The translations under genes and the position numbers were made by a program. From the NCBI GenBank assembly GCA_046350735.1, contig JAXLZU010000001.1:76530-140529 (forward strand): DNA of 64,000 nt, given 5' to 3'. Shown here one piece after another: positions 18,379-26,679 of this stretch; the first letter of the stretch is position 1; each line of letters opens with the position of its first letter. This DNA is from Candidatus Saccharimonadota bacterium (lineage in GTDB: Bacteria; Patescibacteriota; Saccharimonadia; CAILAD01; BJGX01). The notes below the pieces were generated by a model. That model saw only the letters and a list, made by a program, of their open reading frames with translations, made no database searches and was not told the origin of the DNA.

Positions 18379-19128
18379 ATGTCAATTTACGAGGCCATTA
18401 TTTTTGACCTAGATGGCACTGCCATAAGCAGTGAGCCCAATGCTGTTCCTTCTGACAAAGTAGTTAAGGCAGTTGAAGATGCACAAAAATCGATGCATTT
18501 GTGTGCAGCGACTGGCCGCTCAATAACAAATTCAAAGTATCTTTTAGATGCTCTAAAACTAAATAGTCCATGTGTAATTTCGGCTGGCACCCAAATTGTT
18601 AACCCCAAAACTGAAGAGATTTTGTGGGAGGCAACGATTGACGAAAAAGATGTGGAAAGTGTTTTAGAAGTTTGCAAGCCTTACAATTTTGAAATTTTGT
18701 CTGGAACAGAACTTGTTGGCGAAGGTGCTGCTGCAGCCGAGAGAAAGCCCCATACAACTAACGTGCTATACATTATGGCTGTAAGCAAAACCGATGCTGA
18801 AGTAATATCAAAAGCTTTATCAGGAATTAAAGGCATATCATCAAGCGAAGTGCCGTCATGGGTAGAACATGGAGTTGATATTCACATTACTAACAAAGAA
18901 GCCACGAAAGAGCACGCTGTTGAGAAATTACTAGATATTATTGGCGTAGATAAAGACAAAGTTATTGGAGTTGGTGATGCCGACAACGATGTGCACTTAT
19001 TTAAGTCTGTAGGGCATAAAGTTGCAATGGGCAATGCAACTGATAGACTAAAAAAACTTGCAGACGAAGTAGCACCGTCGGTCACAGAAGACGGACTGGC
19101 TGCAATTATTCAGAAGTACTCAACATAA
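18379..19128 (+). CDS. Cof-type HAD-IIB phosphatase
   Basis: IFDLDGT motif I. GDADNDVHLF motif IV. 249 aa. Confidence 0.85.
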   Translation: MSIYEAIIFDLDGTAISSEPNAVPSDKVVKAVEDAQKSMHLCAATGRSITNSKYLLDALKLNSPCVISAGTQIVNPKTEEILWEATIDEKDVESVLEVCKPYNFEILSGTELVGEGAAAAERKPHTTNVLYIMAVSKTDAEVISKALSGIKGISSSEVPSWVEHGVDIHITNKEATKEHAVEKLLDIIGVDKDKVIGVGDADNDVHLFKSVGHKVAMGNATDRLKKLADEVAPSVTEDGLAAIIQKYST

Positions 19129-19134
19129 AATTAG

Positions 19135-19173
19135 TTCTAACTTCCATCACCACTCGGAGCCAAAGTTAGAACC
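19135..19173. repeat. palindromic repeat R1 (GTTCTAACTT-loop-AAGTTAGAAC), REP-like/attC-like family
   Basis: 10-bp perfect inverted repeat flanking loop CCATCACCACTCGGAGCC. Related copies at 20066, 20747, 22510 and 23338. Confidence 0.6.
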
Positions 19174-19181
19174 AAACACAA

Positions 19182-19209
19182 CAGAGGTAAATGCCTCTGT
19201 TTTTGTTTT
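19182..19209 (+). terminator. rho-independent terminator
   Basis: CAGAGG-TAAATG-CCTCTG hairpin plus TTTTTGTTTT. Confidence 0.55.
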
Positions 19210-19258
19210 AGGGTGGCTATAGCGAATAATGTTAGAACTAATTTGATATGATGGATTT

Positions 19259-19666
19259 ATGAAAATATTCGTATCAGGGCAAATAGACGAAAAAGAAGAA
19301 ATTAATGTAATATACCAAAAGCTTCAGCAAGCTGGTCATGAAGTTACGCACGATTGGACTAAGACTGATGGTATTGGCGACAAACTAAAAAACCAAAAAG
19401 AATCTGGCTTACGTGCAGCAAAAGATATTACAGGAGTTGTAGAGGCTGACATATATATTCTAGTAAGCAATAACAAAAAACCAGGCAAAGGAATGTATGT
19501 AGAGCTAGGAGCAGCATTAGCGCTGAATGAAGCACTTGGCAAACCTCAGATTTTTACAATCGGTAATAGAAACCATCTTTCTATTTTCTATTTGCATCCA
19601 GCGGTAACGCACTTAAAGACAATTGAAGATGTACTACAACAACTAGATGGAACAAAACAGGTATAA
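19259..19666 (+). CDS. nucleoside 2-deoxyribosyltransferase-like protein
   Basis: MKIFVSGQI... 135 aa, Rossmann-like NDT-type fold signature. Paralogous to the next gene. Confidence 0.55.
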   Translation: MKIFVSGQIDEKEEINVIYQKLQQAGHEVTHDWTKTDGIGDKLKNQKESGLRAAKDITGVVEADIYILVSNNKKPGKGMYVELGAALALNEALGKPQIFTIGNRNHLSIFYLHPAVTHLKTIEDVLQQLDGTKQV

Positions 19667-19669
19667 AAA

Positions 19670-20055
19670 GTGAAAGTAGTCATCTGTAGCTCAACTAGGC
19701 ATCACGATACAGCCGAGTATTACGCAAAGGAAATAAAAGAAGCTGGTATAGAGGTATTTTGTCCACCAATAGTATCGAGTACAGAAAAATGGAGACGACT
19801 GAGTGATAAACAAAAGAAAAAAGAGTTAAAAAACTCATTGAAGAACACTTCAACGAGATTAGCTCATCGGATGCAATTTTAATTATCAACAAAAATAACT
19901 ATATCGGAACAAGTGTAAATATAGAGATTGGCTATGCTGCTGCAAAGTCAAAACGCATCTTTGCCATAGAACCTGACGCTGACTTATCACGCTCAACCTT
20001 AATTGAAGTAGTTATTAACGGCCCACAACAAATCAAAGAACTATTGGCTGATTGA
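19670..20055 (+). pseudogene. nucleoside 2-deoxyribosyltransferase-like gene disrupted by a frameshift in an A-rich tract
   Basis: Frame 2 ORF 19670-19882 (MKVVICSSTRHH...) stops. The +1 frame continues from about 19810 as ...VKKLIEEHFNEISSSDAILIINKNNYIGTSVNIEIGYAAAKSKRIFAIEPD... to the stop at 20055. The shift lies within AAAAGAAAAAAGAGTTAAAAAACTC (19812-19836). Confidence 0.6.
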
Positions 20056-20065
20056 ACTTAATAGT

Positions 20066-20104
20066 GTTTCTAACTTCCATTACCACCCGGAGCCAAGTAA
20101 AAAC
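20066..20104. repeat. palindromic repeat R2 (degenerate right arm)
   Basis: GTTTCTAACTTCCATTACCACCCGGAGCCAAGTAAAAAC. Loop is near-identical to R1. Confidence 0.5.
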
Positions 20105-20117
20105 ACCAGAAGATTCT
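20093..20117 (+). terminator. rho-independent terminator
   Basis: ACACCAGAA-GA-TTCTGGTGT hairpin plus TTTTT. Confidence 0.55.
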
Positions 20118-20323
20118 GGTGTTTTTACTTGGTTTCGAGAATTGAATTGAGAACCAGGTAACCGCAAAGCGGTTGGTTCGTAAGGAGCGAAAGGATGGCA
20201 GAAGCCGTAGGCTTTGAGAACCGAAGTGACGGAATAGCTAGCGAAGCGCAGCGTCATCAATACCTAGAGTAGTAGTAACCGCCCAAAAAAACTATATAAG
20301 TCATATTTGCTATAATTAAACAA

Positions 20324-20737
20324 ATGCAAAATAATCAAAGATCAACCAATAGTGGATCTAACGGCACCGAAGTAGAATATTCTGCAGATGTCGATATAAT
20401 AGGAACAAACAAAATTTCACCTAACACCAAGAGTACTAATGTTCCACTGATACTTACTATTCTTAGTATTGTAGCAGTACCTCTTAACTATATAATTCTT
20501 GCTGTAACAGGAAAGCTAATTAGCGGAAATATAGTATTAGGTTTTATTGCATTAATACCATTCCTTAGTCCATTACCGCTTGCTATCACGGCACTTGTAG
20601 TTAATAGAAACAATACTAAATTTCACAAACTTACAGTTATTTTAGCTATTATAGAAATTATCTTGTATTCGCTATTACTTGGCATGCTTATTGCGTTTAT
20701 GTTATTAATTCGTACTTGGGTCGGAACTGGTGGTTGA
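20324..20737 (+). CDS. small integral membrane protein (hypothetical)
   Basis: 137 aa with 3-4 hydrophobic helices. Confidence 0.55.
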   Translation: MQNNQRSTNSGSNGTEVEYSADVDIIGTNKISPNTKSTNVPLILTILSIVAVPLNYIILAVTGKLISGNIVLGFIALIPFLSPLPLAITALVVNRNNTKFHKLTVILAIIEIILYSLLLGMLIAFMLLIRTWVGTGG

Positions 20738-20746
20738 TTCCATAGG

Positions 20747-20778
20747 ACTAACTTCCGCTACCAATCGAAGCTAGACCA
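20747..20778. repeat. palindromic repeat R3 (degenerate)
   Basis: GACTAACTTCCGCTACCAATCGAAGCTAGACC shares the CTAACTTCC left arm. Confidence 0.4.
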
Positions 20779-20839
20779 ACTATCTTACAGAGTATCCAGT
20801 AAGCATTCATACTACTAGATTTTGTTATAATCAACTTGA

Positions 20840-21247
20840 ATGAACATAAAAAACGTATCAATAAATACTCTTAAGTGGCTGATCGCTATCTTTTATATAT
20901 CGGCTTTGTCTGTACAGTTTCTAGTGTTGCTAAAAGTGATCCCTTACTACTGGGTAAATGGTGGTAAGTCAGCTTCCTATGAATCTCAACTAGTGCAGTC
21001 GCTAATTAGCATTGTCATTATTTTTATACTATATATATTTGTATGGAAGTTATTGTATCAAAAAGGACTTATCAAAAAGTGGAAGTTACGAGCGCTATAT
21101 GTAATTACATTCTTCTGGCTTTTGGGCTTCTTAATGCAACTTGCTGGCACAGAATTTGAACGGTATTTTTTGTCATTATTCTTGTTGTTGGGTGTTGTAT
21201 CTCACGGGATGCTCGTCCTGCGAGCTCGCTCCATTGTTAGTTTGTGA
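20840..21247 (+). CDS. small integral membrane protein (hypothetical)
   Basis: 135 aa with 4 predicted TM helices. Confidence 0.55.
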   Translation: MNIKNVSINTLKWLIAIFYISALSVQFLVLLKVIPYYWVNGGKSASYESQLVQSLISIVIIFILYIFVWKLLYQKGLIKKWKLRALYVITFFWLLGFLMQLAGTEFERYFLSLFLLLGVVSHGMLVLRARSIVSL

Positions 21248-21282
21248 CCTGTATGCTGAGCCAAGGTACTTAAAAAGACCTA

Positions 21283-22428
21283 TTGGGTCATTTTTCTAAA
21301 ATAGGCATTCAAACTTTAAAAGACTCAAAAAGGTTCTATTCTGTTAAGATATATTTAATGAGTACAAAAGCACACACTACAATCCCAACCAAGAAAGAAG
21401 TAGATGCAGAGCTACCTATAGAACCACAAGCTCAGAAAATTCATTGGTGGGTTTTTGCTTTAGTCGGTCTGTTGGTTTTAGAATTTGTTACAATAATTGT
21501 ACTAGCACTTGTATGGTGGCCATTACATATTTTTTATAAGTCTGTCCCAGTTACTGTTAAAAGTACTCTACGATCAGTAAAAATAGTTGCAGTTGGTGAT
21601 ATTAGTTGTGGTCCAGATGATCCAAAGAGAAATGGTATCGATCCAACCAGGTGCCAAGATAATAAAGTTTTTGATTTAATAAAAACAATTAATCCAGATA
21701 AGATACTATTGCTTGGTGATATTCAGTATTCAACAGGTAGTATCGAAGCATTTAATAACACATTTAATACAAACTGGGGTCAATTAAAATCTAAGTTTTT
21801 ACCTACCCCCGGGAATCATGAGTATGGTACTAAAAACGCCCAAGGATACTTTACGTATATGAATGATGGTAATAATAATGGTATCGCTGGTGATAATAAC
21901 TTAGGGTATTATGCTTCAGAAATTAATAATTGGAGTATTTATTCTCTTGATTCAAACTGTCCAGAAACCAACGATTGTTCTATTGGATCAAAGCAAATAC
22001 AGTGGTTAGAAAGTCAGCTAAGTAATGAGAGTAATACTTGTCAGTTGGCCTTCTGGCATCATCCACAGTTTAGTTCTGGTAAACACAGTGCAGATTCTAG
22101 TCAAATAAATAGATTACCTGATGCGTGGAAGATGCTGCAAGACAAAAAGGCAGAAATTGTATTGAATGGCCACGATCATATCTATGAAAGATTTGACAAG
22201 CAGTTATTGGATGGCCAGAAGAGTGTATATGGTATACAGGAATTTGTGGTTGGGAGTGGAGGATATTCTCATTATGAAAGAATAGCTAATAGACCCAATA
22301 GTGCATTCTTTAATAACACAGACTTTGGAGTTTTGGTGCTTGAATTATATCAGGGATCGTATAATTGGAAGTTTATTAATCTTAGCGGACAAGTATTAGA
22401 TGAAGGGGCCGAAACTTGTAACAAATAG
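21283..22428 (+). CDS. membrane-anchored metallophosphoesterase (calcineurin-like / purple-acid-phosphatase-like)
   Basis: VAVGDISCG...LLGDIQY...GNHEY...GHDHIYER motifs. Alternative start at the ATG at 21357 (MSTKAHTT...) is possible. Confidence 0.82.
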   Translation: MGHFSKIGIQTLKDSKRFYSVKIYLMSTKAHTTIPTKKEVDAELPIEPQAQKIHWWVFALVGLLVLEFVTIIVLALVWWPLHIFYKSVPVTVKSTLRSVKIVAVGDISCGPDDPKRNGIDPTRCQDNKVFDLIKTINPDKILLLGDIQYSTGSIEAFNNTFNTNWGQLKSKFLPTPGNHEYGTKNAQGYFTYMNDGNNNGIAGDNNLGYYASEINNWSIYSLDSNCPETNDCSIGSKQIQWLESQLSNESNTCQLAFWHHPQFSSGKHSADSSQINRLPDAWKMLQDKKAEIVLNGHDHIYERFDKQLLDGQKSVYGIQEFVVGSGGYSHYERIANRPNSAFFNNTDFGVLVLELYQGSYNWKFINLSGQVLDEGAETCNK

Positions 22429-22509
22429 CTTTATAGCCATGATTCTGAATAATAACAATATCTAGTTTATAAGATAGTGGATGTTATTATTACAATTATA
22501 TAATAATGG

Positions 22510-22546
22510 TCTTAACTTCTATCGCTATCCAAAACCAAAGTTATAA
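22510..22546. repeat. palindromic repeat R4
   Basis: TCTTAACTT-CTATCGCTATCCAAAACCA-AAGTTATAA. Confidence 0.45.
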
Positions 22547-22594
22547 AGATAATTCTTACGTAGCATATAAAAGTCGCTAAGAGTTTTGACACAA

Positions 22595-23335
22595 TTAAAT
22601 GAGAAATAATAAGCCAATAACTGGCAAGGTAAACATTAGAAGTGTGGATACAGTAACTACTTTAGTAGTGACTGAATTTGGGAAGGTAAAGTCTACTCCA
22701 AGAGATAAGATACTAAAGTCGTACAAGAAATGAATAAGTATTGGTAGCCACAGGGTTCCACTAAGAATCAAAATAAAGTAAAAATTTAGCCCCATACATA
22801 CTGTTCCTGCTACTTGTGTGGCGGTTTTACGAATATCTTGGCCATTAAAATAATTTACAAAATGGAGAGCACCAAAAATAAGCGAAGAAAAAACACCAAC
22901 AAGAATTACCGAGTAGCCTGCATTTTGCAAGGCGCTAACAGCAATACCTCTTACCAATAGTTCTTCTGAAAATCCAACAATGAGAGTGGCCATAGACAAA
23001 AATAGTAGTCGTTTTTTGTTATGCAAGGTGTCTCTCAATAAACTAAAACGAGCAAAAATTGAGATAATTGTAACAATTGGGATAACCAACAGTATTTGCT
23101 GGCTAATTTGAGGAGAGTACTTAAAAACTTTAGGTACCCAGTGCAAGCTAATGGCAAATGTTGTAAGTAAAAGAGTCGTAATACCTATTGGATAGATTAT
23201 TCCTCTTTTTATGTTTTTGACATTCTTGCCGATTTCAGTGTATTTTACACCAAATATTTTTGTAAAAATAAAAATTAACAATACATAGAAAAAACAGATG
23301 GAAATAGCTGTAAACATTACATCTATTGTACACAA
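22595..23335 (-). CDS. CPBP-family (CAAX/Abi) intramembrane metalloprotease
   Basis: SEELLVRG (EExxxR), FGALHF (FxxxH) and HFLYD motifs. Multiple TM helices. Confidence 0.85.
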   Translation of the reverse strand: MCTIDVMFTAISICFFYVLLIFIFTKIFGVKYTEIGKNVKNIKRGIIYPIGITTLLLTTFAISLHWVPKVFKYSPQISQQILLVIPIVTIISIFARFSLLRDTLHNKKRLLFLSMATLIVGFSEELLVRGIAVSALQNAGYSVILVGVFSSLIFGALHFVNYFNGQDIRKTATQVAGTVCMGLNFYFILILSGTLWLPILIHFLYDFSILSLGVDFTFPNSVTTKVVTVSTLLMFTLPVIGLLFLI

Positions 23336-23337
23336 TA

Positions 23338-23376
23338 CGTTCTAACTTTTATTACTATATTCAGTTAAAGTTAGAA
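23338..23376. repeat. palindromic repeat R5 (GTTCTAACTT-loop-AAGTTAGAAC)
   Basis: Arms identical to R1. Followed, as at R1, by a conserved block ...AATTTGATATGAT... directly preceding a start codon. Confidence 0.6.
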
Positions 23377-23417
23377 CCAAATACAAGTATATAGAATTAA
23401 TTTGATATGATTATTTT

Positions 23418-23843
23418 ATGAAAATTAAGAGTAAAAGTAATAAGAAGCAAGAATTATTCTTAAGTATGGCACTTGGGGTATTGCTCTACTCAGTGGTGCT
23501 TGGATTTTTTAACGACTATACAACTATTCTGCACACTACCTCTTACTCCGTTACATTTCTGTTGGCAATTGTAATGCAAATACTTACATATCTTACTTTT
23601 GCAGTAAAAGATATAGCCAAAACATGGTTTAAATCAAAGGACTCCAAAGTATATAAGTTTGCTTTGGTTTTTACCATATGGCTAATACTGTTTTTATCTA
23701 AGTTTGTGTTTCTCTGGGTAATAAGCTTGGTATTTAGAGAACAAGTGCATATTAGTGGCTTTGTTGGACTACTTTTTATTGTGGCAATTCTGACAATTCT
23801 TCAGCAGCTATTTGAGCTGGCTTATTATAAATTGGCCGATTAA
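23418..23843 (+). CDS. small integral membrane protein (hypothetical)
   Basis: 141 aa with 4 predicted TM helices. Confidence 0.55.
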   Translation: MKIKSKSNKKQELFLSMALGVLLYSVVLGFFNDYTTILHTTSYSVTFLLAIVMQILTYLTFAVKDIAKTWFKSKDSKVYKFALVFTIWLILFLSKFVFLWVISLVFREQVHISGFVGLLFIVAILTILQQLFELAYYKLAD

Positions 23844-23945
23844 TTCTAGCACTCTTTCTAGCTTATACTGCAATTAAATGAATTGCAGAGTGTTTTTTAA
23901 CAGGCAATACGGTTAATTTGTTATAATAAAAATAAGATATACAAT

Positions 23946-24404
23946 ATGCAAAATATTACACCCAACTTATGGTTTGATGGTAACGCAAAAGAAGCAGTAG
24001 ATTTCTATACCTCAATCTTTACAGATAGCAAGATATTTTCTACAGAGTACTATCCTAATAGCCAAAAAGAAGGCTTGGCTGATTTTCAGAAAGAGTTGGC
24101 TGGTAAAGTACTTACTATAGAGTTTGAGCTAAATGGTTTACGTTTTGTTGCAATTAATGCTGGGCCAGAGTTTAAGTTTAATGAAGCGGTATCATTTTCT
24201 ATTACCTGCCAAAATCAGAAAGAAATAGATTATTATTGGGAGAAGCTCTCGAGCGTACCAGAATCTGAGCAATGTGGTTGGTGTAAAGATAAGTATGGAC
24301 TTAGTTGGCAGGTTGTACCAAAAAATATGCAACAGCTAATGCAGAAGCCAGATGCCTTTAAGACATTAATGCAACAAAAGAAGATTGTAATAAGCGAATA
24401 TTAA
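23946..24404 (+). CDS. VOC-superfamily protein (PhnB / 3-demethylubiquinone-9 3-methyltransferase-like domain)
   Basis: N-terminal ITPNLWFDGNAKEAVDFY and C-terminal DKYGLSWQVVP. Confidence 0.78.
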   Translation: MQNITPNLWFDGNAKEAVDFYTSIFTDSKIFSTEYYPNSQKEGLADFQKELAGKVLTIEFELNGLRFVAINAGPEFKFNEAVSFSITCQNQKEIDYYWEKLSSVPESEQCGWCKDKYGLSWQVVPKNMQQLMQKPDAFKTLMQQKKIVISEY

Positions 24405-24430
24405 CTGAATAATTTTGTTATTATAAAACT

Positions 24431-24712
24431 ATGAGTGTAGCTACAAAAAAACAAATCTCTGGCGGGGTAGTGCATACATTACCAACTGATCTAAAAAATG
24501 AATTACTCTCGTCCCCAGATGCACTAAAAGAATGGGAAGATATTACACCTTTAGCGCGCAATGAATGGATATGCTGGACAATTTCTGTAAAAAAGCCAGA
24601 GACCAGAAAACAACATGTTAATAGGGTGGTAGAGGAGTTAGTAACTGGTAAGCGTCGACCTTGTTGTTGGGCAGGCTGTCCTCACCGAAAACGTAATAGT
24701 CAACTTGGTTAA
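24431..24712 (+). CDS. YdeI/OmdA-family protein
   Basis: LPTDLKNELLSSPDALKEWEDITPLARNEWICWTISVKKPETR matches the YdeI/OmpD-associated domain. Confidence 0.72.
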   Translation: MSVATKKQISGGVVHTLPTDLKNELLSSPDALKEWEDITPLARNEWICWTISVKKPETRKQHVNRVVEELVTGKRRPCCWAGCPHRKRNSQLG

Positions 24713-24778
24713 TAATTTTCTTATCTTAGATTAACAACTTTTCCTCAATTTGTATGAGTATTACGATATAGTAGGTAC

Positions 24779-25126
24779 ATGGATAAAGTAAGTCAACTTA
24801 TTAACAAGCAAAGTGCAGAACGTCAAGACGAATTAAATCGAGTACGCACGATTGTTCAAAATAACTTTCCTCAAGCCACTGAAAAAATTAGTTACGGAAT
24901 GCCAGCTTTTTATTACAACGGTAAATTGTTATTATGTTACGCTGCACAAAAAAGTCATTATGGTCTTTACCCAACATCCCTACCAATAAAAGAGCTAGAA
25001 AAAGAGCTGAAACCGTACGATGTTTCTAAGGGGGCAATTCGTTACACAAAAGAAAATCGTATTACTGAAAACCTATTAATAAAACTAACTAAAATTAGAG
25101 TTAAACAGATAGTTGCAAATATCTGA
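24779..25126 (+). CDS. DUF1801 (YdhG-like) protein
   Basis: YGMPAFYYNGKLLLCYAAQKSHYGLYP. Confidence 0.72.
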   Translation: MDKVSQLINKQSAERQDELNRVRTIVQNNFPQATEKISYGMPAFYYNGKLLLCYAAQKSHYGLYPTSLPIKELEKELKPYDVSKGAIRYTKENRITENLLIKLTKIRVKQIVANI

Positions 25127-25159
25127 GTATAAAATAAAAGCTTTAACGGAGAAAAATAT

Positions 25160-25318
25160 ATGGCTATAACACCAAACTGTGATGTGTGCGGCAAAGAGCT
25201 TGATGAATATGGTGCCATATTATTTGGGCCACCAAGCAATAATAAGAGCGAGAAGTTTCATATTTGCAAGAATTGCTATACTCATCTTATAAACCTTTTG
25301 AGAATTAAGCATAAGTAG
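25160..25318 (+). CDS. small zinc-ribbon protein (52 aa), not in ORF track
   Basis: MAITPNCDVCGKEL...HICKNCYTHL has two CxxC pairs. Fills an otherwise empty 200-nt gap. Confidence 0.4.
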   Translation: MAITPNCDVCGKELDEYGAILFGPPSNNKSEKFHICKNCYTHLINLLRIKHK

Positions 25319-25333
25319 TCTATAGTAATACAT

Positions 25334-25762
25334 ATGGAAACATTACCAAGTTTTATCAAGGAACAATCGCTTGGCGTTTTGTGTACAAGTGATGAAAATT
25401 GTAATCCGTCTGGCGCAACAGTCTTTTTTGTAGAAAAAGATCAAAAACTCTATATCATGACCCACGAAAAAAGTTTAAAAGTACAGCATATTAAGAATAA
25501 TCCTAATGTTTGTTTTGTGATTGCTGATCCTATCCATTATCATCAGGCACAGCTTTACGCGACAGCAAAAATAGCAGAGAACCCGGGGGATTACTTACCT
25601 CTAGTAGAAGAGGTAATAAAAAAATATTCTGAAAGAACAGAAGATTTTATACCTTATGTACATATAAAGAACGAAGGAGATGCTCCGGTAATATTAGAGT
25701 TAACCTTAAAGCAAAATCGGTCTTATCAGCCAGATGAAGGTTTGGTGGATAAAAAACTTTAA
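25334..25762 (+). CDS. PNPOx-like FMN-binding split-barrel protein
   Basis: Pyridoxamine-5'-phosphate-oxidase-like / general stress protein 26 type sequence. 142 aa. Confidence 0.72.
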   Translation: METLPSFIKEQSLGVLCTSDENCNPSGATVFFVEKDQKLYIMTHEKSLKVQHIKNNPNVCFVIADPIHYHQAQLYATAKIAENPGDYLPLVEEVIKKYSERTEDFIPYVHIKNEGDAPVILELTLKQNRSYQPDEGLVDKKL

Positions 25763-25789
25763 TAACAAAAGAAGCTGATACGAGCAAAC

Positions 25790-26677
25790 ATGAACATTCT
25801 CGAAACGAATAAGCTGACTAAATTTTATGGCCACGAACGTGGTATAGAAAATTTAGATATGCAGATAGAGGAGGGTGAAATCTTTGGGTTTATTGGCCCG
25901 AATGGTGCGGGTAAATCTACTACTATTCGTACGTTGTTAAATATTATTTTTCCGACCAGTGGTAGCGCAACAATTTTTGGTAAAGACATTATTAAAGAAG
26001 GACCAACTATTCGCCAGCAAATTGGCTATCTACCATCCGAAGTCTTTTATTATGAGAATATGAAGGCAATAGAGCTGTTGCGTTATTCGGCAAGTTTTTA
26101 TGATTTGCCAAAATCAAAGACCGAAGCGCGTATAAAAGATTTGGCAAAACTACTCGATTTAAACCTAAATAAGAAGATTGACGATCTGAGCTTTGGTAAT
26201 AAAAAGAAAGTCGGCATTATTCAGGGCTTACTTCACGAGCCAAAGCTAATTATTCTCGATGAGCCGACTGGAGGGCTAGACCCACTTATACAGCAAAAAT
26301 TTTTTAAACTTATCCGCGAAGAGAACAAGCGGGGCGCTACAGTGCTTTTTAGCTCGCACATTCTTGGTGAAGTGCAACGACTATGTAGTAGAGTTGCTAT
26401 TATCAAAGAGGGTAAGATTATCCGGGTAGAGAAGCTGAGTGAGTTACTTAGCAGTACTACCAAACGATTTCACTTACAAGCCTTATCACCAATTCCAAAG
26501 TCTGTCATTAGCTCGATTAAAGGGGTAAGCGAGATTGTAACCGATGGCAATGAAATGAATTTTTTGTTTCGAGGCCATTTGCGTGATATTACTCAGGTTA
26601 TTGCCAAATTAGACTTAGTTAATCTAGAAGTTACAGAGCCTGATTTAGAAGAAATATTTTTACATTACTATAAGTAG
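25790..26677 (+). CDS. ABC transporter ATP-binding protein (ABC-2 subfamily)
   Basis: GPNGAGKST, LSFGNKKKV, ILDEPTGGLD. Confidence 0.9.
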   Translation: MNILETNKLTKFYGHERGIENLDMQIEEGEIFGFIGPNGAGKSTTIRTLLNIIFPTSGSATIFGKDIIKEGPTIRQQIGYLPSEVFYYENMKAIELLRYSASFYDLPKSKTEARIKDLAKLLDLNLNKKIDDLSFGNKKKVGIIQGLLHEPKLIILDEPTGGLDPLIQQKFFKLIREENKRGATVLFSSHILGEVQRLCSRVAIIKEGKIIRVEKLSELLSSTTKRFHLQALSPIPKSVISSIKGVSEIVTDGNEMNFLFRGHLRDITQVIAKLDLVNLEVTEPDLEEIFLHYYK

Positions 26678-26679
26678 CT

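Noticed and set aside
16435-20055. An integrase or transposase adjacent to tRNA-Asn that would explain the accessory stretch
   Set aside because: No ORF in the window shows tyrosine-recombinase (R..HxxR..Y), serine-recombinase or DDE motifs. The 411-aa orphan does not fit these.
20033-20260. 75-aa minus-strand ORF
   Set aside because: Overlaps repeat R2, a terminator hairpin and the GC-rich non-coding block. No RBS or coding signal. Treated as spurious.
20120-20290. Assignment of the GC-rich block to a known riboswitch (fluoride, guanidine-I/II, Mn) or SRP RNA
   Set aside because: Compared by eye with remembered consensus strings. Only superficial resemblances (e.g. GGAUGGCAGAAGCC vs SRP GGAAGCAGCC). 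No convincing match, so left as an unclassified candidate.
19135-23376. CRISPR array interpretation of the R1-R5 repeats
   Set aside because: Repeats are palindromic, degenerate and separated by whole genes of unequal length. No cas genes in the window.
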